64,000 nucleotides of DNA, from positions 19,185,681-19,249,680 of the forward strand of contig JBOZIK010000001.1 of the NCBI GenBank assembly GCA_051453625.1. Direction: 5' to 3'. Shown here in pieces: positions 11,300 to 24,651 of the stretch (its first letter is position 1; the number at the start of each line of letters is the position of its first letter). Source of the DNA: Welwitschia mirabilis (Eukaryota). Both the position numbers and the translations under genes were made by a program. The notes under the pieces were generated by a model. The model ran no database searches. It saw nothing but the letters and a program-made list of their open reading frames with translations, and had not been told where the DNA came from.

Positions 11300-13510
11300 A
11301 AACTAAAGCAAATGAAAAATCAAAGATAAAAAATTTAGTTATAACGTATTAAATTCTGAATCTAAAGGATATAGCTATAAAAGCTCAAAATTAATTGAAA
11401 TAGAATAGAAAATGAGGAGTGAATTTGATGATTTTGAAATGTAAATGTAAAGGATTAATCTAAATTAATCCATTTCTATAACTATTTAAAAAAAGACTCA
11501 AGTTCTAAAAATATAGTAAATGTAATCAAGAGTGCCTATGGAAAATAGAAATTTAATTGCATAGAAAACAATGGTGGTACTAGTTAGGGAAGATGGCAGT
11601 GCTAGTTTTATTAATGATTAGGTATCAATCCTTATGTTTGAGAGCTTGATAGCTAAATTAAAATGTTTGAAGTTTTTTAATAGTTTAGAATAGAATCCAG
11701 TTTTCAAAAATAAAACTTCATATTGATTTTTTATTAAACTCAAAAAACATTACAATAAAGTAGAATGCAAGTACAATGTAGCTATTACAACCAAAAAATA
11801 TAGAGGAAGAAGGGTGAGAGAGAGAAAAAGCGAATATGCTCCAATATGTCATGTACATGTCAAAATCGAGTTTGGCTTGTCAAAAACTTAGAGTCTTGGA
11901 AGTTACCGTGATGATGCCATATATGAAGGATAGGGTGATGCAAACATGGTTGAATCATGATGCTAGTGTGGGCCAATAACAGTGCTAGTTAAGATGATAG
12001 ATAGTGATAATATCTAGAAGATGTGATAGATTATAGTGTGGAGGTTGCTGAAAATGTATGTATGTAACTAGCAAAAAGGTTTAGAAAGTTGAGTCATGAG
12101 ATTCTTAATTGTGAAAAATAGCTTGTATTATATTTGCAAGGATTTCAGTCATGAGTTTCCATATTAAAGAAACAAATTTGCCTCTAGGTTCTTTTAGAAA
12201 GGGTAACTAAGATGGAGGAAAAATAAACTAGAGGAGGTTGTAGTAAATTAATGGGATGATGAGGAATGATGATGGTTTTGTATGTCTCATGAGTAAGTAA
12301 AACAAACAAGAATCTAAGAACATGGCCTATTAAATTAAAATGATTTTTAGTTATTTTTTAGTTTGTATTAATGGATCTTTGATCAAAATAATGTAAAGTA
12401 TAGAAATGGTAAGAGCTTACAAGACAAGAATAGACAATAAATCATAACTTATAATTGTTTAAAGAGAACATACCACTAGGAACCTTCAATTCTAACTTAA
12501 TTTCATTCCTTTTCCTTCTTCTCTCATAGGCATCCAAGTTCAAGCTTTTGCAAATATTCAAAATTTAGTATCACGGTATCTTCTCTACAAGATTTACATA
12601 TTATATAAGAAGGATTTAGTGCTACATTGTAGTAAGCATCTATAGCCCTGATGTAGATGAATGTATCATAAATGAATCATTAGAGCTACATTGCTAGTAG
12701 GCATCCATAATGCTAATGTAGTAAACTAAACCTAATAGAAAAGATTATAAAAATATTTGCTAAAGAGATTCAAGATTATTCTTCATATTTCATGCCCTCC
12801 TCCCATCCTTTTTTTTTTTTNNNNNNNNNNNNNNNNNNNNNNNNNNNNNNNNNNNNNNNNNNNNNNNNNNNNNNNNNNNNNNNNNNNNNNNNNNNNNNNN
12901 NNNNNNNNNNNNNNNNNNNNGGAAATTAATATAAATAAAAATGTGTAATGTATGACTAAACTAGGAAAGAGAGAATGAAAACTAACACAAATGAAATACT
13001 AAAAATCAAAAAATAAAACTTTAGTTATAATGTCTTAAACTTTTGAATCTAAACAATGTGGTTTAAAAAGCTTAGAAATGATTAAAATAGAACAGAAAAT
13101 AGGAGTAAATTTAATGATTTTGAAATGTAAATGTAAAGGATAAATCTAAATCAGTTAGTCTATGTAAATTTTTAATAGAAACCCAAGTTTAGGAAACATA
13201 GTAAATGTAATCAGGAATGTCTATGAAAAACATTAATATGTTTATGAAAAATAAGACAATGGTACTAGTTAGAGATGCTAGTGATGCTAGCTCTATCAAG
13301 ATTTAGGCATTAATCCTTATATTTTAGAGCCTAACAACCAAATTAACATGTTTGAAGTTTCATGATAGTTTAGAATAAAATATAGTTTTCTAGAAGTAGA
13401 ACTTTACATTAATTTTCTCTTAAACTCAAAAGATATTACAACAAAGCAAGATGCAAGTATAATACACCTATTATAACTAGAAAATACAAATGAATAAGGG
13501 TGAAAGAGAG
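11300..13510. repeat. Internal direct repeat R2 of element B (~11300-11825 and ~12990-13510)
   Basis: Shared blocks include gattttgaaatgtaaatgtaaaggat and atagtaaatgtaatca. Confidence 0.85.
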
Positions 13511-15560
13511 AAGGTAACAAAAATTTATCCCATGGATCTTCTATGAGAATCTAATATTTCTAGTTTTTCATCCATTTCTTTTTGCTTCTTAGATATGTAT
13601 TTTTATTTTTTAACAAGGTTTTTCATCTTTTCCATAATTTTTCAATCTAAAGTTCTCTGAGATTTGGGGACTTCTTCTAGAAATAGATTACTTGAAGTAG
13701 TAGAGAAATGTCTATGAGTGGTAGACGAAGGAGCAAAAGAAGGTGGAGAATAAGGGATATAAAAGGTCTCACCCATAGGAGCTTTTTCCTTTCTTTTTGT
13801 GGTGGGTAAAGAGTATGAAGAAGTAGGAACATGAGAGGGAGAAGGATTTCTTTATTCTTCTTATTGAATTTCTTGGAGGCCCTCTAGAATCCAATCCTGA
13901 TTCTTACACTTTCCAAGTTGAGTAATATTTTTAGGGGTGATGGTCTTAATGAAGATTTTATCCTATTCCTTAAAGTCTAAGGTGTGATCTAAGGCATTGT
14001 AGATTAGGTTTAAAACTAAGCAAGGGAGAAAAAGATTACTTTTATAACCCATATTATTAGCTATAATAGAAAAGAGGCATCTGGAAACATTAAAGAATAT
14101 GCTATATTAGATAATCCTAATCATATCAGGGTGACTACTATAGGCATCAGTTACATGAGAAGTGGGTAAAACATTTCAAATAATGAATCTAAAAAGTGAA
14201 ACTTGGTTTTTGTAAAGGTATTTACAAGGTAGGGCTCCTTTTCTATCAAAATCATAATCAACATTAAGAGTAGCATAATAATAGCTAAGGGATTTGGTAA
14301 TCATGTAAGGCAAACCATCATGGTGTTCTACTCCTAATAAAGCTTCTACATCATTCAAAGAAATAACAAATGAAGTGTATCAAATATAGGAGTAGATTAT
14401 CTAGGGATCAACTTCATTAATTATTGCATTCTTATAGAACTCCAAAATAAGCTTTGGGAAGTTACAGGTATCATTCTCTTTAAGCAAATAGTTTTGGTTC
14501 CTTACCTAAATCTTATCAAGATAAAAGGATGTAAATAAGGTAAGGAATGATGTGAAGATGTCTTCCTTTAAAAAGAGGCCTACCCTTCCACTCATGATAG
14601 CCTAAAAAATAGAATAGAAGAAAGAAAAAAAAATGAAAAATAAAATAAAAATAGAAATGAAAGTTAATAAGGTAAAAAATAAAGTGAAAGGAGAATAGAT
14701 GAACTTCTAAAATGAGACTAATCTTACTAATGATCTGAAAACCAAAAGGAAATCTAAAAAATATTGTAAGAGAGAATTCGACATGGAAAAAGATAGATAG
14801 ACAATAGTGCAGTTGATTTGGAAATCACAAGTTTTTATAGAAAATGAGTGAAATGAATGCCATTAGACGATAAGATCTTATCAATTTTCTAGATTGTTTT
14901 TTTCTTCTTTTTTTTGGATCTAGACATGAATAGAAGAGTTAAATCATAGAAAAACACAATGTGTTTGTTAATGTACTTTTCATAAAAGGAAAAAAGTTAA
15001 AGGATTATGGATTATAATGAATAATAAAAGTAAGTGAAAATGTGATGAAGTGGATGAATGAATGCATTCTAAGAATAAATGAGATAAGATGAAAATACAA
15101 GCTAATGGCATTTATTTATTTACATAATTTGGGTAGATCCTTTACCAAGACAAAGAAAACTCTAAGTCAGTAAATCCTTACAAAATCACAACTAACTAAA
15201 GAATGTCAAATCCAATCATTAGAACAAACAAACACAAGATTTCTCCAATCCAAACTTAATTTTATTTCTTTCTCTTCTTCTTTCATGGGCATCCAAGTTT
15301 CAAGCATTTGATCATATTGAGCATTCAGTGTTGTGGTACCTCCTTCCAATAGATTTAGCTTGTTGTACAAGAAGGATTTAGTGCTACATTACTAGTAGGT
15401 GTCTATAGCCCCAATGTAGATGAATGTATCAGAAATGAATCATTAGAGTTGAATTACTAGTAGATGTCCATAGCCTCGATGTAGTTAAGTAAACCCAATA
15501 GAAAAGATCATTAAAAAAAATGTGCTAAAGAGCTTCAAGATTTGTCTTGATATTTCTTGC
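12490..15560. repeat. Internal direct repeat R1 of element B (~12490-12800 and ~15250-15560; third homolog in element A at ~5860-6160)
   Basis: Shared blocks include aagaaggatttagtgctacatt and atgtagatgaatgtatca..aaatgaatcattagag. Confidence 0.85.
13600..14595 (-). pseudogene. Decayed env-like (Athila ORF2 / Transposase_32-like) ORF of element B
   Basis: One frame from the ATG at 14595 reads ...FPKLILEFYKNA...FVISLNDVEALLGV...LFRFII*NVLPTSH. It is preceded by a splice-acceptor-like ttctattttttag|gctatcATG. The 3' end is approximate. Confidence 0.7.
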
Positions 15561-15913
15561 TCTTATTATTTTTGTTTTTTTTTTTATTCATAACACATGA
15601 AAGGGGATCATTGGCTCATTAGCCTAATAGAGAAAGTAATATCATCCCCCTAAATGATTTGAAATAAAGAAGAAACTAAGAAAAAATAAAATCCACCTTT
15701 TTCCTTTGGTTCCAAATTGAGACCTCTAAATTCATGAAAAATTTAATGAAGAACTCAAACATTTAAAGGATAAGTTAATAAAAAAATAAAAACTCATAAT
15801 ATTTCAACTAAGATTTGAAAAGATAAAATATGTCTTTATTCATGATTTAAAGGAAATAGCATTAACCAGAATCAGTGAGTCTCATGAACTCATAAGATGA
15901 TGGAAGGGGTGGA

Positions 15914-18900
15914 AGATGACACATGGAATCGATTAAACATTCCATTTTCTATTCTTATTCAATAAAACATAGCTAATACTATTGAGTTTTGTTTATATTA
16001 CATTCCATTTTTATATTATAGTATGTAATTATGCTCATCCACTATAAATAGTGTTGATCATTTCCAATTCCCTACTTTCTAGAATCATACCCCTATATTT
16101 GTTTCAATTCCCTATTTTCTGGGATCACATTCTTACATTTGATGTATAAATATAACCATCTAAAATGTTTTTAGTGGTGCTGCATAGTAATGATATTGAT
16201 AATACAATTATTACACCCACAACTATTTGATTCAAAAAATATATCAGAACATTTCTCTGGTTTTTCATTTTTGTAACATAATGGGAATAGAGCCACCACT
16301 AAAGGAAGGCTAAAAGGGCTGCAATGAAGACAGAGGAAGCAAGAAGAAGGTAGTCTTTTTTTTTTCAATGGCTACTTTATTAAAAATTAACATTACATTA
16401 GCACCAAATTTGATGGGGCATGTTTTCAAATTTAGCAAAAATAAATGGAGATCTTCCTTTAACTTAAATATGTATGAAACATAGTAAAAAATGGAGTGTA
16501 TCAGGATTCATTGTAGGATGTAACTGAGGAAGAAAAGAATAGGAAAATTGAAGGAGAAAATAAAGATAAGAAAATAAGGTTTATCTTATTTATAGGATTA
16601 GAAAGTTGTAAGGAAGTATTAGAGAAGGCAACAGATGCATTAAGCATTAGGCAAATCTAGGAGGATTTGGAATCCAATCATATTGGTACCAAAGCAACAT
16701 GAAAATTCATAATCCAAGCATTAAAAAGGGAATATAAGACATTAAATATATCATGAGAGGATATAGTAATGCAGTATATGAACAAGTTGTTCCATATCAA
16801 AAGAAAGCTAGGGATAACTAGTGCAATACTCAAAGAGGAAGACTTCATTAAAAGGGCTATAAGAGGTTTGCATTCTAAATTTATTAATATAATTACGTGG
16901 TTCAAACATATAGATGTAATTTAGAATATAATTCTCTAGCAATACATGAGAGCATATTTTCTTTGGCTTCTAAAAGGAAAGATGAATTACTGCTTACAAA
17001 TGCAGAAGTCTTCTAAATAAGAGGAAGATCATGTGAAGATAGGAATCAAACTAGAGGCCATAAAGGAGAAAGAGGACATGGTAGAGATTGGAATCAAGAG
17101 AGGCATTAAAGACATCATGTGATATTATAGAATTATGGTAAGAAAATATAAAGTTAAGATAATTACCATTTAGCTCATCTCAATAGGGGAGATGGCTTTA
17201 GAAGAGGTGTCAGAGGTGAAAGATGTTAAGGAGAAAAATGGAGAGAATATAGAAAGTTTTATAATGATGGAAAATTTGGGTATTATAAAAGGAATTGTTG
17301 GTATCAAAATGGATCAAGAGAATAAGATCCATCTTCATCAAAATTAGAAGAACAAATTGGTAATTTACATAAAGAAATCGAGTTTCCAGATGTAGAGAGT
17401 TACATGGCTAGGGTTATTCTAGCAAAAATAAGAATTATATCTTGAATTGATAGTGTATTCACACATCATGTGACAGGTAATCTTTATTATTTTAAATATT
17501 TAACAAAATTTAATGCAGGAACAGTGCCATTTAAGGGAAAAAACTATGTAAAGATTATGGGAAAAGGTACAATAAGGGTTAAGATGATAACTAGGAGAAC
17601 ATCATTCATTAAAGGTGCGTTGTATGTTCCTCTCTTAACTGATAATTTATTAAGTGTATGTCAATTAGGTGATAAAGGTTATTTAATTTCTTTTAAGAAG
17701 GGCATCTACAAGATTACAAATAAAAACTTGGAAGAAGAAATTATTGCAAAAAGCACATGAAATTCAAGTTTGTATTACTTAAATATAGAAAAAGCCCATG
17801 CAAATTTGTAGTCCATTATAAATCAGATGATTTTCATATTTAAAAGGTGCATCAAATATATGGACATCTTCAAATTGGAAGTTTGAATAAGAAGATAGTA
17901 AAACAAAGTGTTTTTGGATTAGAGCAATATCAAGAATTAAGAAATCTAGAATGTCATAGCTATGATTGATGTAAGATTGTTATAAACCTCATCTAAAACA
18001 ATCATAGGGCTATAAAACACCATTAAAATATGTATTTGTTAATGTATGTGGACCAATAATTATTCCAATTTTAGTAGGTAATAAATATTTTCTTGTAATT
18101 AGTGATGATTATACTAGATTTACCTAGGTTTATTTTATGAAAGAAAAGTCTAAAATCATAGCATTGCTTAAGAAGTGGACTTAGAAGTAGAAAAATAAAG
18201 CAAGTTTTGTGTTAAAAGAATCAGAACTAATAATGGAGGATAATTCCAATCAAAGGGGCTAGAAAAATTTTATGCCAATAAAGGTATTACATGTAAATGA
18301 ACTAAGCCTTACAATCCTCCTCAAAATGGGATTATTAAGCAAAAAAATAGGACACTAGTGACTATGACCTAAACCATATTACAGCATGCAAGATTGCCAT
18401 AAAAGTTTTGGATAGATGTAATTTTTACAGTAGTTTATCTAAAAAATTAAACCATCAGTTCACAAGATATAATGCATACTCCTTATGAAAATTAGTATGG
18501 TAGAAAACCTAACATAGCACATTTAAGAACCTTTGGATGCATATGTTATATGTTTAAATAAGAGAAGAAGTTAGATAAATTTGATACTAAAGGAAGGAAA
18601 TGCTTATTTCTAGGATACTCTATTTCTTGTCAAGGATATAGGGTCTATGATGTGGAAGGAAAAAAACATCTGCCTCTAATCATGTGATTTTTTGATAGGA
18701 TCAAGTTTTAGATCCAAGAGAACTTCCAAATTTACAATTAATTGGAAGAGAAGAAACACCTTATTATAAAGTGTCAATAGCAATTATGCCACTAGATGTA
18801 ACTGAAGAGGTTAAACAGTAGGAACAACATTAATTTGTGTAAAAGCAAAACCTAATAAGAGTTATAGATGTAGCTTAGGATGTTTTAGGAGGTGAAAATA

Positions 18901-20919
18901 GTCTTTAACAATATAATCAAAAGATTCCCAATGTCATAGGAATTGCAAATACCATTCAAGAGTCTATTATTATTACTCAAGGCCCCACACTTGAAGAAAG
19001 AAATTCAATAAGAGGTAAGTATAGTAGAATTTGAAAATATATTGATTTAGAAAATATTGTTATAGGGAAATTTGAGAACATGACATATACAAGAGGAATG
19101 GACTAGCTCACTGTGTGTAATATATGTGTCAACACATGTGAATGAATCTATCCATGATAAAGGATGAATAAAGTAATGAAAGATAAGTTAACTTAAATAC
19201 AAAAAAATCAAACTTGAGAGCTGTGTGATTTGCATTTTGGAAAGAATGCAATTGATATAAAATGGATCTTGATAAGAAAATAGGACATAAATGAAAATCT
19301 CAAAATACTCAAAGCTAGAATTATTACTAAAGGCTTTATACAAAAAAGAGGAATCTATTACAATGAACCATTTATACCAGTAGCTAGAATGGAGATCATT
19401 TAAACATTTCTAGCCACTGCTTCTTAACGCAAATGAAAGAAGTAACAAATGGATGTAAAGTCGGCATTTTTACATGGTCAGATGAGAGAATAAGTTCATG
19501 TTCATCAACCACTAGGATTAGGTATACCTATAAAGTAAGACAAGTTTGCTGATAATACATTATATAGATTTGAAAAGAAATCTAAAATCTTATTTGTTAT
19601 CTCTTATGTTGATGACCATATTTTTTTGTAAAAACTATCTACAACTAGTTGATAAATTCAAATGTATTGTGAAATTAGAATTTGAGATGATAAATATGAA
19701 TCTCTTAAATAATTTTTAGGGCCTTAAAATTCATCAACATAATGGAATCATGAAGATTTCTCACAAGAACTACACCTTAAATCTCCTAAATTGCTTTTGG
19801 ATTTCAAAGCTGTAAATCATGTTCATCTCCTATGTTGTTGAGAGAAAAACCTAATAAAAATAGTAGTGATGTACTAGTTGATGCTAGAAAATATAGAGAA
19901 GCCATTAGGCCTTTGATATACCTTATAGCTGCAACACTAGATATATAGTATTCAGCGGTTGTAGCAGCTAGATTCATGAGTACACCAAATGAAAGACATT
20001 AGCAATTAGTAAAAAGAATCTTACACTACATCACAGGAACCATAGGATATTCATTACTTTATGGACATTATGAAAAACATACACTCAATATCTATTGCAA
20101 AGTAGATTAGGGTGGATGCTGTGATACTTTAGAAAGCACAAGTGGAAATTTGTTTATATTTGGAAAAAGTCTCATTTATTACAGTTCTCAAGAGCAAGAT
20201 ATGTTTTCTTAGTCAATAGTAGAGGTAGAGTATGTATCTATCACTAAATAAGAGCAAGAACTTATGTGGTTATAAAAATTATTTGTAGGCCTTCGATTTC
20301 CTATTAAAGAATGAGTACAGATCTTATGTGACAATCGTAGTTTAGTTGCTATAGGATACAATCTAGTGCTTCACCAATGAACTGAGCATTCTGATCTTAG
20401 ATATCAATTTATTTATGAAGCTATTATAAGGGGATTAGTATCATGAATATATATTCCTACATATTATCAACTTATTGATTTTACCCCAAAGTCATTAGCT
20501 ATATCATTCTTGAATAAGACACTCAAGATGCTACATATTATAATAAAGGGGAAGTAGTAATACATGGAATTAGTTAAACATTCCATTTTTTATTCTTATT
20601 CAATAGAAAATAGCTAATACTATGCAATTCTATTTGTATTATGTTCTATTTTTAAATTATTTTATGTAATTATGCTCATCTGCTATGAATAGCATTGATC
20701 ATTTCCAATTCCCTACTTTTTAGAATCATACCCCTGCATTTATTTCAATACCCTATTTTCTGGGATTACATTCTTACATTTGATGTGCAAATATAACCAC
20801 ACGAAATGTTTTTAATATGGCTGCATAGTAATGATATTGATAATATAATTATTGCACCCACTAATATTTGATTTAGAAAATATATAAGAACATTTCTCTA
20901 GTCTATTATTTTTGCAACA
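15914..20919 (+). mobile_element. Element C: full-length decayed Ty1/copia retrotransposon
   Basis: 365-bp LTRs at 15914-16278 and 20555-20919; degenerate tRNA-Met PBS tgggaatagagcc (16282-16294); PPT aaaggggaag (20545-20554); domain order gag-PR-INT-RT-RH; approximate TSD gtgga/atgaa. Confidence 0.92.
16368..20540 (+). pseudogene. gag-pol: Decayed copia gag-pol polyprotein
   Basis: Protease region HHVTG..NLLSVCQLGDKGY (17460-17760); integrase GNKYFLVISDDYTRFT*VYFMKEKS (~18080) and PYNPPQNG; RT LKARIITKGFIQKRGIYYNE, QMDVKSAFLHG and SYVDD; RNaseH STVEVEYV-like and ILCDNRS. Confidence 0.92.
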
Positions 20920-20929
20920 AATGAAATGT

Positions 20930-23784
20930 AGGTGATGATGGATTATATGAAGGTAACTTAGATGAGTGTAAGTGGCTAAAATATAGATGTGTTGGATGGA
21001 AATGAAGCATCCTTGAATACATGAGGTTTTTTCATGGTTTGATTTGAGCTTCCTAAAGCCAAAGCAGGTAAATCCAATTCAAGTGTATTTGATAAAATTA
21101 AGTTATGTTCACAAGTTTAGTGTGTACTCATGGATGAAGGTGAAAAAAAAAAACAAGATTAAAAGAACAGGATGGTTAAACAAGTGATGAATTAGACTTA
21201 GAAATGTTATCATTACAAGACTCCACACATGATTTAAAAAATTCAAAAAGGGTATGAGGAGAATACTCCTTAAAGATTACACATTCCAAATCATGAAAGG
21301 ACCATCCTATTCCTTTCTCTTGCTTAACTAACAAATATTGTAAAATGTTTCCTTTGATAAAGGCATAGATGAAGAAACCAATGGATTAAGAGGGTCATCA
21401 TCAAAGACATATCTTAAATTATTAATAAGAAATTCCATATCATAATAAGAATTATTATCATGTAAATCAAAACCCAAAGAAGATGAAATAGAAAGAATGT
21501 TTTACTCATAGGAAGGATGATCAATATCATCAAAGATTTAATAAACTCCACTTATTTCTAATCCTCATATTGCTTTATAGTATTAAAAATGTTCAATTCA
21601 ATAATCATGTTTTCCAAGAAAATATTCATAAGATCATTCCTACAGTGGATAAGAGCATTATAATTAGCAAGGAAAGGTCTCTATAAGATAATAGGAATGA
21701 TATGGTTTCTAGTCTTTTTCATCTCCAAAACTACAAATTCTGCTGGAAAGTAGCAATTTTTACTTAGATAATCACATTCTCTACTATGCCCAAAAGTGCT
21801 TTCAAGGAATTATTAGCCTATTGTAATTGCAGTTTAATATCTTTGAGATCATTTAAATCAAGTTCCTTGTAGATACTATACGGTAAAATATTAACATTAG
21901 CTTTAAGATCTAATAAGGCTTGTTGGAAATTTGTGTTACCAGTAGTGATGGATATTGTAGGGAATCTTGGATATTTGTATTTTAAAGGGATTTGGATTTG
22001 AATGATAGCACTAGTTTGTTGAGCAAGGAAGGCTTTACTCTTTACATTCATTCTTCTTTTAACAGTGCTTAGATCTTTCAAGAATCTAGCATAAGAAGGG
22101 ACTTGTTTAATTGCTTTTAAATGAGGGATATTGATTTTTACTTCCTTAAAAATTTATAGTGCTTCTTGTTATTTCATACTCAAGTAATTATGTCTAAGTT
22201 ATTAAGGAAATGGTATGGATTCCTTATAAGTTTAGATAACTTTCTTATCTTCATGTTTCTCCTCTACCTTTTTCTTAAATTTAGGCTCATGTTGTTGTAC
22301 TTATTCTTCTTAGGATTATTTTTCTTCTAACTCCTTTTTTATTTCTTTCCTACTTCTTAATTGTGTGACTTTGGTTTGCTTGATTTATGTATATTTTGTC
22401 AACTTATAACTACTAAGGTTAGGCTCATGTATAGTAGGAATCTTTCCCTTCTCACATTGATTAAGTGATGTAAGGATATGGGTAGTGGTTTAACTTAGTT
22501 GATTCATTCCTTGTTCTAACTTTTACAATGTGGAAGATATTTATTGGTAAAAGTATTATTGAGATGCATTATTGTGATGTTGGAATTTCATGAAATTTTA
22601 ATATATGATTTTTAAAGAGTTGGAAGTTAGAGGAGGGTTTGAAGTATTAGGTTGACTATATGAGGCTTGGGTAATGTTTTCTTATTTCCATGAAAAGTTT
22701 GAATGGTTTCTCCATTTATGATAGGTGTTGGAGTAGGAATTATTGGTTCTTTGATTGTACCATTATTGTCTTATAGCATTAACTTATTCTTTCACTACTT
22801 CTTGAAACATAGGAATGGATGGGCAATCTAAGATTTCGTGAGTATCCACATGACAAATGTCTTAATAGAGAGTTAGAGTTATAGACTTAGAGTTAGCACC
22901 AAGAATTTTAATTTTTTTAGAAAGCTCATCTAACTTTTGGTTAACCTTAATGTTATCAATGATTTTAAAAATATTGATAGACTAGATAGTTTGTTGTAAT
23001 TTTATTAGTTTATTAGTTTTCTTCCAATTCTTAGAACTCTCAAATATGGTCTTAAGGAAATCCTAAGTTTCATCAATATCAAAATATAAAAAGCTTCCCC
23101 TACACATCATTTCTATAAGTTAGTTATGATTGGATGAAAGTCCTTTATAAAAAAAAACTTATAACTTTTCCTTGCTCAAAACCATGTTGTGGGCATTTAA
23201 GAAGTAGATCCATGAATGTCTCTGAGGTGTAGGAAAAGATTCTATTATTCTTGTATTGAGATTTCATAATTTCCCTTCTAATGATGTTGGTTTTGTGACT
23301 GGCGAAAGACTTTCTAATAAATGCTTGATTGAGTTCAACCCATGTGGAGATGAAAATAGACTTCTATATGTAAATCCAAGATTTTGACTTTTCTTTGAAA
23401 GAATAAAGAAATAAGATCATTCTTAGTGTATTGGATGTGTCTAGATGTTGATAAATTTTGGAAAGGACATACTTAAATTCTTTAAGATGTAAGTAGGAAT
23501 CTTCTCACTCTAAACCATAAAAGTGTGAAAGAAGTTGAATTAATTGTGATTTAAATTCTATTCTTTTGGCATTTGAAGGTTAAATAATGCAAGAAGGTGT
23601 ACTAAACATTGAGGTTAAAGATATTTTTCAAAGTAAGTTTAGGTTGGTTTGGATGAAGGTTACTCCTATAGCCATTATGGCTTTATTAAAGTCTCTCTTA
23701 TGAATGACCTCTAGGATTTCTATCCATGTTGGATTTGAAAGGGATTCGATGTAATCTACCATTAGAGGTTCATTTCCAGTTCAT
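20930..23784 (-). pseudogene. gag-pro: Decayed gag-aspartic protease of element B
   Basis: Starts MNWK*TSNGRLHRIP; includes IEFKSQLIQLLSHFYGLE*EDSYLHLKEF; ORF 21818-22081 gives QALLDLKANVNILPYSIYKELDL (protease core). Confidence 0.88.
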
Positions 23785-24627
23785 AAAGCATAAGAAAATA
23801 GTTAAGAGAGGTTACATTTCTAGAAGCACACAATATATGAAAAGGTTCAAGATACCATAAAAGTGAATTTCAACAAAGATAAATATTGTTTGATGCAAAA
23901 TGCTAACGCACTGGTGAGGAAAGACAGTGGCACTAGTAAGATGGCATAAAAATGATTCAATACAAATGACAATTAGGGTTTTGGAAAAACTGATAGTCTA
24001 AGATATAAGATTGATTTTTCTAACTAATAGAGAAAGACTAAATAAGGGTTTCGAGAAAGATTAATGCAAAAATGAAAATATAATGCAATGCAATACAAGA
24101 AATGAAAATTACAACAATGAAAACTACATGTACTAAAGCAGTTACATGAGATTTTTTGATGATGTTCTTCTTCAATCAAGTATCTGTTAAGGAATTCATC
24201 TGGGATAGAGAAGAAAAGAAAGGATAGAAAAGGTAGTAGAAAGAGAAGATGGATATAAAAATGAATTTTTAAGTAATTTTTTAATGTATTTTATTTAGAA
24301 CTTCCAAAAGATTAGCCCTTGTAAAAAAATTTGATATATTATCTAGATAATATTTTATAAGAAAAAAAAGAGATAAGAAACAAAAATAAAAGAAAAAATA
24401 ATAAAACTAAAAGAAAAGAAAAATAAAAAGAAGTTATCAGACCAAGTTCCAATGATTAAGTAACCAACATTAATCCACTAGTGATAAAAGAAAAAAGAAA
24501 AAGGCACTGGAAAGGGATAAGTAAAAAAAAAAGAAATAAAATAAAAACAAAAGAAGAAAAAAGAACACCAAAAAGAATACAAAAAAGTAAATTCTATGCA
24601 TGTTCCACTATAGCTACTCTATCACTA

Positions 24628-24645
24628 TCCTTGGCAATAGCATCA
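24628..24645 (-). promoter_or_regulatory. Degenerate tRNA-Asp PBS of element B
   Basis: tccttggcaatagcatca differs from tccccggcaacggcgcca only by C>T/G>A transitions and abuts the LTR. Confidence 0.8.
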
Positions 24646-24651
24646 AAAAGC

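Noticed and set aside
12620..12725. Hammerhead ribozyme / retrozyme (ctgatgt)
   Set aside because: It lacks the CUGANGA and GAAA cores in the required stem layout, and ctgatg is not conserved in the other R1 copies.
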